64,000 bases of DNA. Origin: a bacterium. GTDB lineage: Bacteria; Sysuimicrobiota; Sysuimicrobiia; Sysuimicrobiales; Segetimicrobiaceae. The notes under the pieces were generated by a model that was not told where the DNA came from, did no database searches, and saw nothing but the letters and a program-made list of their open reading frames with translations. A program made the translations under genes and the position numbers. This document shows, in pieces, positions 1-10,360 of the stretch (the stretch's first letter is position 1; each line of letters opens with the position of its first letter). The stretch spans positions 3,312-67,311 of the forward strand of contig DASSJF010000038.1 in the NCBI GenBank assembly GCA_035691305.1, given 5' to 3'.

Positions 1-62
1 TGAACGCTGACCAGCAGGCCGAGCGCGAGGCCGGCCAGGAGACCTACGATCGGCAGCCACAC
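1..62 (-). CDS. sbp: Small basic protein Sbp (DUF1290), N-terminal fragment. The gene runs off the window start.
   Basis: A minus-strand GTG start follows a GGGAGGG Shine-Dalgarno. Translation VWLPIVGLLAGLALGLLVSV resembles the B. subtilis Sbp N-terminus (MWLP..GL..G). It lies directly downstream of a DUF881 gene, as in the ylxW-sbp arrangement. Confidence 0.4.
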   Translation of the reverse strand, partial: MWLPIVGLLAGLALGLLVSV

Positions 63-66
63 AGCG

Positions 67-822
67 CTACCCTCCCGTCCCGGCCGGCTTAGCGTAGCGG
101 TACACGAACCCGCCGCTGTACGCGGGCACCAACAGGTCGGTGCCCGGCGTCACGGTCACCGGGAACTCGAACGCCCGCAGTTGGTCCAGAATCCCGCCGC
201 GCGCCTGCGCGGCGACCATCATCGCGTCCGTGTTGCCGACGGCGACGATCCGGTACGGCGGGGCCATGCGCCGCGTGTTGCACAGGATTGTGGTCCCGAC
301 GCACGACAAACCGGTCGTCGCCATGATGCGCTCGTCGTTCACCGCGACGGCTTCGGCCCCCGCCGCCCACAGCATGTTGACCACGGCGCGAACGTCGGAG
401 TAGTGGATCAGCACCAGGTTCGGATCCTCGCCCGGCCGAAGCGGCCTCCGGCTGTCGGTGATCGTCACCGACACACCCGGCCCGCGCACCGCGGTCAGGG
501 CGGCCGCGGACCGCAACTTGGCGAGGTCTTCCGTCAGGGAAGCGGCGACGCGCCGATCGCCCGCGGCGCGCTGCTCGTCGTCCGCGATCTCGCGTCGGAG
601 ATCGGCGATCTCCGCGCGCATCGCCGCCTGGCGCCCTTCCTCCGCACGGTACCGGTAGGCCACCTCGTCGAGACGGCCCGAGCTGACCTGGAGGCCGGTT
701 TCAATCGACTGTTCTGTGCGTGACTGCACGGCAAAGACGAAGCCGACCGCAACCGCAACGGCGGTCAGCGCGACCTGCCACCGGCGGATGCCCGCACCCG
801 CGGCGCGCCCGCGGAACCTCAT
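67..822 (-). CDS. DUF881 family protein (YlxW/YlxX-like; division/cell-wall cluster associated).
   Basis: ORF 67..903. An internal ATG (MRFRG...) gives an ATGA overlap with the upstream gene stop. An N-terminal TM segment, a coiled-coil region and the conserved RGPGVSVTITD...NLVLIHYSDVRAVVNMLWAAGAEAVAVNDERI block are typical of DUF881. Confidence 0.65.
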   Translation of the reverse strand: MRFRGRAAGAGIRRWQVALTAVAVAVGFVFAVQSRTEQSIETGLQVSSGRLDEVAYRYRAEEGRQAAMRAEIADLRREIADDEQRAAGDRRVAASLTEDLAKLRSAAALTAVRGPGVSVTITDSRRPLRPGEDPNLVLIHYSDVRAVVNMLWAAGAEAVAVNDERIMATTGLSCVGTTILCNTRRMAPPYRIVAVGNTDAMMVAAQARGGILDQLRAFEFPVTVTPGTDLLVPAYSGGFVYRYAKPAGTGG

Positions 823-1724
823 GCGGGCGCTCCCATCCGATCGAAGAGGCGGCCCGCTTCGCGGCCCCTCGGCGTCACCCGAAGCACGCCCCACTGGACG
901 CATTGGACCGCGCGCGCCGCGACATCCGGCGCCGCTACGACGAGCCGCCGTCCCACCGGGTCCACGTCGACGATTGTACCCATCGCCATGATGGTACCAC
1001 GGCGGGCGGCCAGCCCGACCAGCAGGTGTCGGAGCGCGTCCCGAGGGATGTCGGCAAGGACGCGGGACGGTGCGACCCGCCGTCCGCGATAGACGGCCGG
1101 GCGCTGCGGAATCACGTCGCGAAGATCGAGCACGAGTTCTGCGGCCCCGGCGAAGTAGGCGGCAAACCGCCCCTCGCGACGCGCGCGCCGTTCCGCGGCC
1201 GAGCGGCGCCTGACGGCGGGCGCGGGGCGCAGCCTGTGCACGACGGTGTCATGAGAAACGCGCGCGAGAATCGGCTCGGCTTCGCAGCCGCGCTGAATGG
1301 CCACGAGGTGCCGCGGGGCCAGCAGCCGGATCTTACGGACTTTCGCGGCGGCGCCCGCGCCTTCGATCCACCCCGTCGTATCGACGACCACGATCTCTGC
1401 CCCCTCGCGCCGGGCGCGCCGGGTCAGCTCGAGCGTTCCCTGGAGAAGGTACCGGTACACCCGCTGGGGGGTCGTGTCGCCGACGAACCAGAGCCCGGCC
1501 GGCGGAATGGCATCCATGCGGCGGACCGGCGTCCGCACCGGCCCCCAGCCGACGGCGGCCGGCGGCCCCAGATCAGACTGGCCCGTATCGGCGTCGACAA
1601 CCGCCGCCGCGACGCCCGCGCGCGCGGCCGCGGCGGCCAGATGCGTCGCGGTGGTCGTCTTGCCGACGTCCACCGCCCCGAGCATCATCACGGTTCCGGG
1701 CAAGGCCACGACGGCGGAAGCCAC
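819..1724 (-). CDS. Clp1/Grc3-family P-loop polynucleotide 5'-kinase-like protein.
   Basis: Walker A LGAVDVGKTTT, the clasp-like motif VVDADTGQSDLGPP (Clp1 DxDxGQ) and Walker B/NTxGW-like VVVDTTGWIEG are present. The gene is 301 aa and overlaps both neighbours. Confidence 0.55.
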   Translation of the reverse strand: MASAVVALPGTVMMLGAVDVGKTTTATHLAAAAARAGVAAAVVDADTGQSDLGPPAAVGWGPVRTPVRRMDAIPPAGLWFVGDTTPQRVYRYLLQGTLELTRRARREGAEIVVVDTTGWIEGAGAAAKVRKIRLLAPRHLVAIQRGCEAEPILARVSHDTVVHRLRPAPAVRRRSAAERRARREGRFAAYFAGAAELVLDLRDVIPQRPAVYRGRRVAPSRVLADIPRDALRHLLVGLAARRGTIMAMGTIVDVDPVGRRLVVAAPDVAARAVQCVQWGVLRVTPRGREAGRLFDRMGAPA

Positions 1725-1753
1725 CGTGTGCCAATCGCCACCGCCCGGGACGT

Positions 1754-2389
1754 TCAGTTCTTCGCGCTCTCCAGCTTCTGCTTGATTCGCTTCAGCCGGA
1801 AGACGTCTTCGCGGGCCCGCTGCTCCAGCACGTCGCGGATGTACCGGATCTCGCCGCGCACACGCGGGATCACGACCTGTTCCAGCGCGTTGACCCGGCG
1901 CGTCGTCTTCTTGATCTCTTCGCCGATCTTCCTCAACGTGATCTCAGTCCCGGCCACCTCGAGGAGCGCGTCCACGACGTCTTCGAACCGGTCGGCGCTC
2001 TCGATCGTGCGCGCCGACACGGACGCGGGATCGACGTTGCGCTCCAGCAGGGACCGCTTGACGCCGTTCGTCGCGATGCTGGGGATACGCGTGCCCCAGA
2101 CGTTCTTGGTGTCGATCCCGACCTCCAGGCGGCGGGGATCCGCCAGCGCGACGGCCTCGAGCGTCTCCCGGCCCTCGACGGCCTTGGTCAGCCCGAGCAG
2201 CGTGTAGGACTGCTCCGCGGACTGCGTGAGCTTCTCGCGCGCGGCCAGCGCCCGCCGCACGATATTGAAGAAGTCCGCCACAAGCGCGTCCCGCTTTTTC
2301 TTCAGGAGGTCGACACCCTGCTGCGCCAGCTTCACCTGGTTCTGGCGCTGCAGCAGGTTCATTCGGGTGGGGCTGATCGTCTCAGCCAT
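1754..2389 (-). CDS. atpD: V/A-type ATP synthase subunit D.
   Basis: 211 aa. MNLLQRQNQVKLAQQGVDLLKKKRDALVADF is the canonical NtpD/AtpD N-terminus. It is the last gene of the V-ATPase operon. Confidence 0.9.
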   Translation of the reverse strand: MAETISPTRMNLLQRQNQVKLAQQGVDLLKKKRDALVADFFNIVRRALAAREKLTQSAEQSYTLLGLTKAVEGRETLEAVALADPRRLEVGIDTKNVWGTRIPSIATNGVKRSLLERNVDPASVSARTIESADRFEDVVDALLEVAGTEITLRKIGEEIKKTTRRVNALEQVVIPRVRGEIRYIRDVLEQRAREDVFRLKRIKQKLESAKN

Positions 2390-2435
2390 AACGGCTTCTC
2401 CTCATGTTATCCGAGCGACGGAGGGGACCCCGCCC

Positions 2436-3851
2436 CTACCGCACCTCGCCGGGGCGGAACATCTTGTCGGCCTGCTCCCCGTAGTAGTACTTGTCTACGT
2501 GGTCGCGGCTGATGCGCGTCAGCGCGGTCTTCGGGAACACCGACAGCAGCTTCCAGCCGAGCGTCAGCGAGTCCTGAATGGAGCGGTCGCTGTTGCCTTG
2601 GTTGATGAACTCTTTCTCGAACGAGTCGGCGAACTTCAGGTACAGCCGGTCGTTCTCGGTGAGCGCCTCCTCACCGATGATCGCGACGAGTCGGCGGAGG
2701 TCGAGGCCCTGCGCGTACGCGGAGTAGAGCTGGTCGGCGACCTGCCGGTGGTCCTCGCGCGTGCGGCCCCGTCCGATGCCGTTGTTCATGAGCCGCGAGA
2801 GGCTCGGCAGCGGGTTGATCGGCGGGTAGATGCCCTGCCGGTGGAGCGGCCGCGCCAGCACGAGCTGGCCCTCCGTGATGTAGCCGGTAAGGTCGGCGAT
2901 CGGGTGCGTGATGTCGTCGTCCGGCATTGTGAGGATCGGGAATTGCGTGATCGTGCCCTTCTTGCCCTTGATGCGGCCGGCGCGCTCGTAGATGCTGGCG
3001 AGGTCGGTGTACATGTAGCCGGGGTAGCCGCGGCGCCCGGGGATCTCTTCGCGCGCCGCGCCGATCTCGCGCAGGGCCTCGCAGTAGTTCGTCATGTCGG
3101 TGAGGATGACGAGCACCTGCATGTCGAGCTCGTACGCGAGGTACTCCGCGACGGTGAGCGCGGTCCGCGGTGTCATCAGGCGCTCGATCGTCGGGTCGTC
3201 GGCCAGATTCATGAACACCACGCTGCGCGCGAGGGCCCCCGTCGTCTCGAACTCCTGGATGAAGAACGCGGCCTCGCGCTGAGTGATCCCCATCGCGCCG
3301 AACACGACCGAGAACTGCTCCGCCTCGCCGAGCACTTTCGACTGGCGCGCGATCTGCGCCGCGATCTCGTTCGCGGGCAGGCCGGCGCCGGAGAAGATCG
3401 GCAGCTTCTGGCCCCGGACCAGCGTGTTCATTACGTCGATCGTCGAGATGCCGGTTTGGATGAATTCCGCCGGCTTCTCCCGCGCCACCGGGTTGATCGG
3501 GGCGCCGAGGATCGGCAGGCGCTTCTCGGGGATGATCGGCGGCAGGCCGTCGATCGGATCGCCGAGACCGTTGAACCGCCGGCCGATCATCTCGCGGCTG
3601 ACGCCGATCCGCGCGACGTCCTCGCGCAGGCTGAGCGACGTTTTCGCGAGGTCCATGCCGCGCGTTTCTTCGAACACCTGGATGACCGCGTTTTTCTCCG
3701 AGACTTCGATGACCTGCCCGCCGCGCACGCTGCCGTCCTGCACGTGGATCTCGACGATCGCGCCGTAGGCGAGGTCCCGGGCGCCCTCGACAAACAGCAG
3801 CGGGCCCGAGATGTAGTTGATGCTCGTGTAGCGCTTGGTGGCGAGATCCAT
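2436..3851 (-). CDS. atpB: V/A-type ATP synthase subunit B.
   Basis: [23 protein letters not shown]...[12 protein letters not shown] and the non-catalytic B subunit fold. The start was set at the internal ATG because the Arg-rich N-extension in the ORF track is an artefact. Confidence 0.9.
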   Translation of the reverse strand: MDLATKRYTSINYISGPLLFVEGARDLAYGAIVEIHVQDGSVRGGQVIEVSEKNAVIQVFEETRGMDLAKTSLSLREDVARIGVSREMIGRRFNGLGDPIDGLPPIIPEKRLPILGAPINPVAREKPAEFIQTGISTIDVMNTLVRGQKLPIFSGAGLPANEIAAQIARQSKVLGEAEQFSVVFGAMGITQREAAFFIQEFETTGALARSVVFMNLADDPTIERLMTPRTALTVAEYLAYELDMQVLVILTDMTNYCEALREIGAAREEIPGRRGYPGYMYTDLASIYERAGRIKGKKGTITQFPILTMPDDDITHPIADLTGYITEGQLVLARPLHRQGIYPPINPLPSLSRLMNNGIGRGRTREDHRQVADQLYSAYAQGLDLRRLVAIIGEEALTENDRLYLKFADSFEKEFINQGNSDRSIQDSLTLGWKLLSVFPKTALTRISRDHVDKYYYGEQADKMFRPGEVR

Positions 3852-3852
3852 G

Positions 3853-5679
3853 TCAGCTCCTCCGCCCGTCGCCCGACGCCGCGCCCGCCGACGCCTGCGC
3901 ATCCCGCGGGCTCGTCCCCGCGGCGGCCTCGCCGCCTGCCTTCGCGAACGTCTGCGCGAGCCCGTCCATGAACTCCTTGAGCGCCGCCGGAAACTTGTCG
4001 TTCGGCACTTCCTTGAACCGCGCGATCCGCTCGTTCTGCGGCAGGTTGAGGATCTCGTCGATCGTCATCCCCCGCTGCAGACCCTCGAGCGAGGCTTCGT
4101 AGAACGCCCGGATCCCTTGGATCATCCCGTAGGCCTTCTCGAGCGAGCACGACGCGTCGACGTCGCTGAACGCGCTCTGCTGCAGGTAGAATTCACGGAT
4201 CATGCGCCCGGCCTCGATCACCATGCGCTCCGCGTCCTGGAGCGCGTCGGGGCCGACCAGTTGGACGACCTCCTGCAGGCCCGCCTCGCGCGCGAGGATC
4301 GCGCTCAGCCACGTGCGCTGGTCGGCGAAATCCTCCGCCACCTGCTTCGCGTACCACGGCGCGAGCAGCGCCTCGTACAGGCTGTAGGACCGGTTCCAGT
4401 TGATCGCCGGGAAGTGGCGGCGGTAGGCAAGCTGCGCGTCGAGCGACCAGAACGTGCCGACGATGCGCAGCGTGCTCTGGGTGACCGGCTCGGACAGGTC
4501 GCCGCCCGGCGGCGAGACGGCGCCGACGACCGTGACGGCCCCGATGCGCTCGTCCTTGCCGAGGACGACGGCGCGTCCCGCCCGCTCGTAGAACGCGGAC
4601 AGGCGGCTCGCGAGGTACGGCGGGTAGCCTTCCTCCGCCGGCATCTCCTCCAGGCGGGACGAAATCTCGCGCAGCGCTTCCGCCCAGCGGCTCGTGCTGT
4701 CGGCCATCAGCGCGACGCGGTAGCCCATGTCGCGGAAGTACTCCGCCATCGTGACCCCGGTGTAGATGCTGGCCTCGCGCGCCGCGACCGGCATGTTCGA
4801 GGTGTTGGCGACGAGGATCGTCCGCTCCATGAGCGGCCGGCCGTTGCGCGGGTCTTCGAGCTCCGGAAACTCCGTCAGCACGTCGGTCATCTCGTTGCCG
4901 CGCTCGCCGCAGCCGACGTAGACGATGATGTCGGCGTTGGACCACTTCGAGAGCGTCTGCTGCACGACGGTCTTGCCGCTGCCGAAGGGGCCGGGGACCG
5001 ACGCGGTCCCGCCCATCGCCACCGGGAACAGCACGTCCAGGATCCGCTGGCCGGTGATGAACAGCTCCGTCGGGTCGAGCTTGCGGGCGGCGGGTCGCGG
5101 CACGCGCACGGGCCACGTCTGCATCATCCGCAGCTCGGCGCCGTTCGTGAGGCGGGCGACGACATCGGTCACCGTGAAGTCGCCGCTCTTGATCTCGGCG
5201 ATCTCACCGGCCGGGGCGTCCGGCGGCACCATGATCCGGTGGGCGTAGGAGTACTCCTGGACCTCCCCGAGCACGTCGCCCGGCCCGACCCGCTCACCGG
5301 CCTTCGCCGACGCCTTGAACGCCCACTTTTTCGCCCGATCCAGCGAGTCGACGACCACGCCGCGCGAGATGAAGTCGCCCTGCGCGTCGCGGATCTTGTC
5401 GAGCGGCCGCTGGATGCCGTCGTAGATGCTGCTCAGCATGCCCGGGCCGAGTTCGAGGGCGAGCGGGGCTTCGGTCGACTCGATCGGCTCCCCGACGTAC
5501 AGGCCCGACGTGTCCTCGTAGACCTGGACGAACGCCGTGTCGCCGTCGAGGCGGATGATCTCGCCGATCAGCTTCTCCTTGCCGACGCGGACGATGTCGT
5601 ACATCCGCGCGCCGGCCAGACCTTCGGCGATGACCGCGGGGCCCGAGATACGCGTGATCTTGCCGGTTGGTGCCGCCAT
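3853..5679 (-). CDS. atpA: V/A-type ATP synthase catalytic subunit A.
   Basis: [20 protein letters not shown]... with Walker [10 protein letters not shown]. The chosen ATG is preceded by GGAGGAG. The upstream ATG at 5700 would give an ATGA overlap with atpF instead. Confidence 0.9.
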   Translation of the reverse strand: MAAPTGKITRISGPAVIAEGLAGARMYDIVRVGKEKLIGEIIRLDGDTAFVQVYEDTSGLYVGEPIESTEAPLALELGPGMLSSIYDGIQRPLDKIRDAQGDFISRGVVVDSLDRAKKWAFKASAKAGERVGPGDVLGEVQEYSYAHRIMVPPDAPAGEIAEIKSGDFTVTDVVARLTNGAELRMMQTWPVRVPRPAARKLDPTELFITGQRILDVLFPVAMGGTASVPGPFGSGKTVVQQTLSKWSNADIIVYVGCGERGNEMTDVLTEFPELEDPRNGRPLMERTILVANTSNMPVAAREASIYTGVTMAEYFRDMGYRVALMADSTSRWAEALREISSRLEEMPAEEGYPPYLASRLSAFYERAGRAVVLGKDERIGAVTVVGAVSPPGGDLSEPVTQSTLRIVGTFWSLDAQLAYRRHFPAINWNRSYSLYEALLAPWYAKQVAEDFADQRTWLSAILAREAGLQEVVQLVGPDALQDAERMVIEAGRMIREFYLQQSAFSDVDASCSLEKAYGMIQGIRAFYEASLEGLQRGMTIDEILNLPQNERIARFKEVPNDKFPAALKEFMDGLAQTFAKAGGEAAAGTSPRDAQASAGAASGDGRRS

Positions 5680-5696
5680 CCCTTCTCCTCCGTCTC

Positions 5697-6014
5697 TCAC
5701 CGCAGCTTGACGGCGAATCCGATGTGCTCCTTCACCAGCCTGGAAATGTACGCCTCTCCGGACTCAAGGTTCGCGCGCGCCGGGGGCAGCGGCACGATCA
5801 GCGGCAGGTCGCGGCCCCGCAGGAGCCGCGTCCGCGCGTCCTCGGTGCCGTGCAGCAGGTCTTCGTTCACCGCGAGCAGCCCGTAGCCGGCCGCGGTCAG
5901 CTCGCGGATCAGCTCGAGCGCCTGCTCGGGCGTGCCCGCCTCGCGGACCTCGACGCCCGCGAGACGGAACCCCGTCGCCGTCTCGGGATCGGTGATCACC
6001 GCGACCTTATACAT
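5697..6014 (-). CDS. atpF: V/A-type ATP synthase subunit F.
   Basis: 105 aa. [23 protein letters not shown] is typical of subunit F. Confidence 0.8.
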   Translation of the reverse strand: MYKVAVITDPETATGFRLAGVEVREAGTPEQALELIRELTAAGYGLLAVNEDLLHGTEDARTRLLRGRDLPLIVPLPPARANLESGEAYISRLVKEHIGFAVKLR

Positions 6015-7032
6015 TCACGATCTCCTGGCGCGCGACGTCCGTCGCAAGCCCGAGCTGCCGCGCGTGCGCGATCACGCGCACGTTGGCGACTTCCGCCGCC
6101 TTGCGCGTGAGGTAGCCGACGACCACGTCGATGCCCAGCGGATCGCCGAGCAGCATCTGCGCGGCCATGCGCTGGACCCCGCGGTCGACGAACCGTTCCA
6201 TCTCGAGCAGGTCTTCCGTGCCCGTCAGATCCACGCCGAGGATCTTCGTGCCCTGGACGTCGGCGATGCTGGTCTGCGGATCGGCGAGTACGAGAAACCG
6301 CTCCCGCGAGATCGCACCGCCCAGCACGAAGAACTGGTCCCGCTCCTCGCGCGGGAGCTCCCGGATCCGCCGCAGACGCAGCGCGGTCTTGAAGTTCGTG
6401 GCGGTGACTTCCGCGCTGAGAAAGCGGCGGAAGCTCGTCTCGCCGTCCCCTTCGCCGTCGGCAACGCGGTAGCCGTACTGCGCGTACGCACGGTCGAGCG
6501 CGAGTTCGACGTCGAGCAGGCCGCCGCTCCGCTGCGCGGCATCCGCGCCTTCCCGCAGCGCCCGGCCCAGCGGATGCATCCAGGTCTGCAGCGTGTCCGC
6601 GATCGCGCGCAGGTCGGGCTGCTCGAGCAGCTCGCGCAGCCGGACCTCGCTGAGCGACCCGCCCGGGTAAAGGGTGGACAGGATGTCGTCGTCGGGCTTG
6701 TCCGTGTGCTTGCCGCGGACGATCGCGCGGATGTTCTGCAGATCATAGCGCAGCAGGACGACCTCGATCTGGCGCCGCTCCGCCCCGTCGGCAAAGCTCA
6801 GAATGCGGCGGGTCGCGTGGTAGAAGTTCTGCGCCAGCGCCTCGTCGATCGCCCGCACGCCGCCGAACCGGCTGAGGGCCTCCTGCAGCTCGGCGTTGTA
6901 CGGGGTGTCGACGAGCGCCTGAATAATCGCGGGGACATCCGGCGCCGCAAGCAGCTCCTCCAGACGCGACGGCGGAAGGAGCTGGGATTTCATGACCTTG
7001 ACCCGCGCGTTTATGTAGGAAAAATCACCCAC
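6007..7032 (-). CDS. atpC: V/A-type ATP synthase subunit C (eukaryotic d-like).
   Basis: 341 aa. MGDFSYINARVKVMKSQLL... matches the NtpC/AtpC family. Confidence 0.85.
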   Translation of the reverse strand: MGDFSYINARVKVMKSQLLPPSRLEELLAAPDVPAIIQALVDTPYNAELQEALSRFGGVRAIDEALAQNFYHATRRILSFADGAERRQIEVVLLRYDLQNIRAIVRGKHTDKPDDDILSTLYPGGSLSEVRLRELLEQPDLRAIADTLQTWMHPLGRALREGADAAQRSGGLLDVELALDRAYAQYGYRVADGEGDGETSFRRFLSAEVTATNFKTALRLRRIRELPREERDQFFVLGGAISRERFLVLADPQTSIADVQGTKILGVDLTGTEDLLEMERFVDRGVQRMAAQMLLGDPLGIDVVVGYLTRKAAEVANVRVIAHARQLGLATDVARQEIVNV

Positions 7033-7035
7033 GCC

Positions 7036-7623
7036 TCACCGGCTCCACAACGTCTCGGCGACCCGGGATACCATCTCCCGCCGGGCGTGGCTCAGGCGGC
7101 TACCGATCGTGTTCTCCACGACCACGCGGCCGTCCGGCGAGGCGACGCGGACACCGTCGGCGACGTCCCGCGCCTCGCGCACCTCGGCGTCGAGTCCGAG
7201 TTCGCGGCACGCGTCGCGAACCGTCTGGACGTCCGCGGGTGCCGTCTCCACCGTGAGGCGGCCGGAGAGGCCCCGCGCCGCCTCGCGCAGCAGCCCGCGG
7301 AGCACCGCGCCGCGCCGCTGCGAGTTGGCCCCGGCCGCGCCGGTGCGCAACTCGGCTTCCGCCTGCTCGAACACTTTGCGGATCGCCTCGTCTTTCGCGG
7401 CCAGCACGAGCGCGGCCGCGCGCAGGCTCGCGGTGCTGGTCGCCCGCGCCCGGGCCTGGGCCTGCTCCGCCTCCACGCGCCGGCGGGCCTCAGCCTCGAT
7501 CTCCTCGGCCTCCCGCGCCGCCGCCGCGGCGACCTCCTCGGCTTTGGCCTGCGCCTCGTTCAGCGCCTGGTCTTTCTCGACCCGCGCTTCCTGCTCGAGG
7601 AGCTGCATCAGCTGCGTTCCCAC
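7036..7623 (-). CDS. atpE: V/A-type ATP synthase subunit E.
   Basis: 195 aa. An Ala/Glu-rich coiled-coil N-terminus is followed by a globular C-terminus, and the gene sits between K and C in the operon. Confidence 0.7.
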   Translation of the reverse strand: MGTQLMQLLEQEARVEKDQALNEAQAKAEEVAAAAAREAEEIEAEARRRVEAEQAQARARATSTASLRAAALVLAAKDEAIRKVFEQAEAELRTGAAGANSQRRGAVLRGLLREAARGLSGRLTVETAPADVQTVRDACRELGLDAEVREARDVADGVRVASPDGRVVVENTIGSRLSHARREMVSRVAETLWSR

Positions 7624-7641
7624 GCGACCGCTCCGCCCGCC

Positions 7642-7965
7642 CTAGATCTTGCCGTACAGAAAGAACGCGATGACGAATCCGAAGATGACCAGCGTCTCGG
7701 GGATCACGAGCAGGATCAGCATCGTGCCGAACATCTCCGGCCGCTCGGCGATGACGCCCGCCGCCGCTCCGCCGATACGCGACTGCGCGATGCCGGTGCC
7801 GACCGCGCCGAGGCCGATCGCGAGGCCCGCGCCCACGCCCAAGAGGCCCGCCCCCGTGCCGGCCCCCGCCGCCTGCGCGGCCTGCTGCGCGCCCGCTCCC
7901 ATTGCCAAGAGCATCAGCCCGACGGCCGTCAGGCCGAGAACCGTCCACACTTTCCGAGACTTCAC
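7642..7965 (-). CDS. atpK: V/A-type ATP synthase proteolipid subunit K (c-ring).
   Basis: The C-terminal 107 aa of ORF 7642..8382 are Gly/Ala-rich TM helices ending VIPETLVIFGFVIAFFLYGKI. A GTG start follows GGTGGAG and gives a GTGA overlap with the atpI stop. Confidence 0.75.
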   Translation of the reverse strand: MKSRKVWTVLGLTAVGLMLLAMGAGAQQAAQAAGAGTGAGLLGVGAGLAIGLGAVGTGIAQSRIGGAAAGVIAERPEMFGTMLILLVIPETLVIFGFVIAFFLYGKI

Positions 7966-9917
7966 GCTCCACCCCCGCTGCGTTGAAATGGCCGGTACGG
8001 TCGACCGGTGTCCTGGTAGTATTTGAACTTGGAGAAAAACTCGACCCAGTTGAGCCGGGCGGGCTGCAGGATGTGCCCGATGATCGTCAGGCCGAAGAAC
8101 ATGATGTGCGCGACGGCGCCGACGAAAATGCCGATGATCAGCGCGGGCGCCTTCCCGCCGATGGTGTTCGCCACGATGGCGAGGGCGAGCGACGCGACGC
8201 CGACCGCGAAGATTCGGGCGTACGAGATGATCGCGCCGAACGTCGAGATCGATTCCATGATCCACATCGCGCTGCCGAAGCTGGCCGAGAACAGCAGCGA
8301 GAGGAGGAACAGCACCGCGCACCCCAGCATGACGGGGCTGAAGAACGACGACGGCAGCACGTGCACCTGCGTCGCGAGCCACAGGAACACCGTCGTCCCG
8401 CCGAAGAGAAGCGCCGCCGCCTCGAGAAATTCCGTCCGCTCACGGTGCCGGACGGCCTTCACCATCTCCATGAAGAGCCCGAGGTAGACCTGGGCGAGGC
8501 CGAAGCCCACCGACAGATAGAGGTAGGTATTGATCCCCTCGAGCCGGTCGAAAATCGGATGGAAGCCCGGGAACAGCCGCTGCGGAAGATCGCCGAAGAA
8601 CTCGCCGAAGACGATCCCGAAGAGGAACGTGAACGAGGTCATCCACGTGAGCAGCGCGACGACGCGCCGCATCACGACCGGCGTCAGCGTGAACCCGAAG
8701 TCCATGCCGGCCAGAACGACGCGCCACGGCTTCCCCGTCCGCGCCTTGCCCGCGAGCCACAGCGTGATTCCCAGCAGGAACAGGCCGTATCCGACGTCCC
8801 CGATGATGAGACCGACCCAGAGCGGCATCGAAATCGCGAACCAGATCGTCGGATCGAGCGTTCCGTACTTCGGCGGGTCGAAGATCGCGAGGAACATCTC
8901 GAACGGCTTGAGCCATCCGGGGTTGTCGAGCAGCACCGGCACGGCTTCCGCGTGGTGCACGGGGGCCGGCTCGTCGAAGACCATGACGCCGTCCGCGAAT
9001 CGCTTCTTGAGGCCCTCGCGCACCGCGGCGACGCGGGCGCTGGGCACCCAGCCGTATAGCACGAACGCGTACCGCGACTGCGGCGTCTGCGCCATCAGCT
9101 CGTAGCGGTGCACCGCGTCCCGCGCCACCACGGCGATCGCCGTCACTTCGGGCCGGTGCCGCCGGCTGAGCTCGATCAGCTGCCGCCGGCAATCCTCGAT
9201 CTCGCCCGGCAGCACGCGCGCCCGCTCCTGGAGGTGGGTCACGGCCTGCGGCAGCGGCATCCCGCGGACGCCGGCGGGCAGGCGGAGTTCGCTCGCCCCG
9301 GCACGGGTCAGCACGGGTCGCACCGCGTCCGCGTCGCGGCGGGCGTACGCCGCCACGACGGCGAGCCGGTGCGCGTCGAGCGCGCGGTTCACCACCTCGA
9401 CCCTGCCCTGCGTCGCCGCGGCCAGTTCGCCGCGCAGCGCCTCGAGCGCGCCCGGCTTCGCGTCGATGAGGAACCCGGCGGCCTCCAGCGTGCGGCTGCC
9501 CTGCAGCGGAGCCAGCAGGGGCGCGAGGATCTCGATCGCGCGCCCGTAGGCCTGGAGGATCTCCTGCTCCTCTTCCGCGTCCAAGAGGCGCCGCGTAAGA
9601 TCCTTGGCCTGCGTCTCCACGGCGTCGAGCCGCGCCCGCAGCGCCTCGGGCGACTGCGTTTCGTACGGTTCGGTGGACACGGGCGGAATCTCGAGGGCCG
9701 GGAGGAGCGCGAGAATCGCCTCGGCGCGGGTGCGCACCGCGTCGATCGTTTCGCGCGCCGCCTGGTCGCGTGCGTCGAGCGGCCGCGGGCCGATGCCGTC
9801 CTCGATCGGCCGGACGTGGTCGACATGCAGGCTGCCGAGGCCCTGAATCGCGCCGGCAACGTCCGCCTGCAGCCGCCGGGGCCCGAGCACGGTCACCCGG
9901 CTCATCGATACGATCAT
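7962..9917 (-). CDS. atpI: V/A-type ATP synthase subunit I (a-subunit, stator/ion channel).
   Basis: 651 aa with an N-terminal cytosolic coiled-coil domain and a C-terminal multi-TM domain. MIVSMSRVTVLG resembles the Thermus MIAPMEKLVL start. An ATGA overlap with the preceding small subunit gene is present. Confidence 0.85.
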   Translation of the reverse strand: MIVSMSRVTVLGPRRLQADVAGAIQGLGSLHVDHVRPIEDGIGPRPLDARDQAARETIDAVRTRAEAILALLPALEIPPVSTEPYETQSPEALRARLDAVETQAKDLTRRLLDAEEEQEILQAYGRAIEILAPLLAPLQGSRTLEAAGFLIDAKPGALEALRGELAAATQGRVEVVNRALDAHRLAVVAAYARRDADAVRPVLTRAGASELRLPAGVRGMPLPQAVTHLQERARVLPGEIEDCRRQLIELSRRHRPEVTAIAVVARDAVHRYELMAQTPQSRYAFVLYGWVPSARVAAVREGLKKRFADGVMVFDEPAPVHHAEAVPVLLDNPGWLKPFEMFLAIFDPPKYGTLDPTIWFAISMPLWVGLIIGDVGYGLFLLGITLWLAGKARTGKPWRVVLAGMDFGFTLTPVVMRRVVALLTWMTSFTFLFGIVFGEFFGDLPQRLFPGFHPIFDRLEGINTYLYLSVGFGLAQVYLGLFMEMVKAVRHRERTEFLEAAALLFGGTTVFLWLATQVHVLPSSFFSPVMLGCAVLFLLSLLFSASFGSAMWIMESISTFGAIISYARIFAVGVASLALAIVANTIGGKAPALIIGIFVGAVAHIMFFGLTIIGHILQPARLNWVEFFSKFKYYQDTGRPYRPFQRSGGGA

Positions 9918-10263
9918 GCCTGGCTCCCGAGAACCTCGCGGACGACGAGCTCGACCGCCTTGGCGCGCCGCTCCTCCGCCTGCTTGCGGATGGCCGCGGC
10001 TTCCGCCTCGGCGCGCGCCACGATTTCCTTCCCGATGCGCTCGGCCTCGCGTGACGCCTCCGCGGAGGCGCCGGACGCGATGTCGCGGGCGCGGTCGCGG
10101 GCCCGCGCGCGCAGTTCCTCGCCCTGCCGCTGTGCCTGTTCCACGCGCCGGGTAGCCTCGGCGCGAGCGTCGGCGACCTGGCGCTGCAGCTCCTGTTCGC
10201 GCTGCGCGATCTCGCGGAGCAGGGCTTCACCCGATTGACTGCCGGGGGAATCGTGTGCGGTCA
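9914..10263 (-). CDS. V/A-type ATP synthase small coiled-coil subunit (G/H-type), the first gene of the operon.
   Basis: MTAHDSPGSQSGEALLREIAQREQELQRQVADARAEA... is about 116 aa and Ala/Glu/Arg-rich. The ATG follows AGGAG. The upstream part of ORF 9914..10405 was rejected. Confidence 0.6.
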
Positions 10264-10284
10264 TCTCGCATGCTCCTGCGTGGA

Positions 10285-10338
10285 ACAAAAAAATACCGTC
10301 CGTAGACCGTGGTTGAGCCGCCTGCCGGCCCGCGGACG
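10285..10338 (-). promoter_or_regulatory. Terminator-like hairpin plus U7 tract inside the atp 5'UTR (candidate attenuator).
   Basis: On the minus-strand RNA, CGUCCG...CGGACG (perfectly complementary 6-mers flanking a GC-rich interior) is followed by GUAUUUUUUUG. It lies about 25 nt upstream of the atpG Shine-Dalgarno and downstream of the predicted promoter. Confidence 0.35.
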
Positions 10339-10360
10339 TTGGCGCTCCACTGCGGCCAAC

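Noticed and set aside
720-7986. Long plus-strand ORFs (720..2207, 2226..3971, 3835..5886, 5932..7986) antisense to the V-ATPase genes.
   Set aside because: They have Arg/Pro/Gly-rich low-complexity translations typical of open antisense frames in 70% GC DNA. The minus-strand frames have clear V-ATPase homology.
8440-10230. 596-aa minus-strand ORF overlapping atpI in another frame.
   Set aside because: Its Arg/Ala/Pro-rich junk translation sits in the same region fully explained by atpI and the small G/H subunit.
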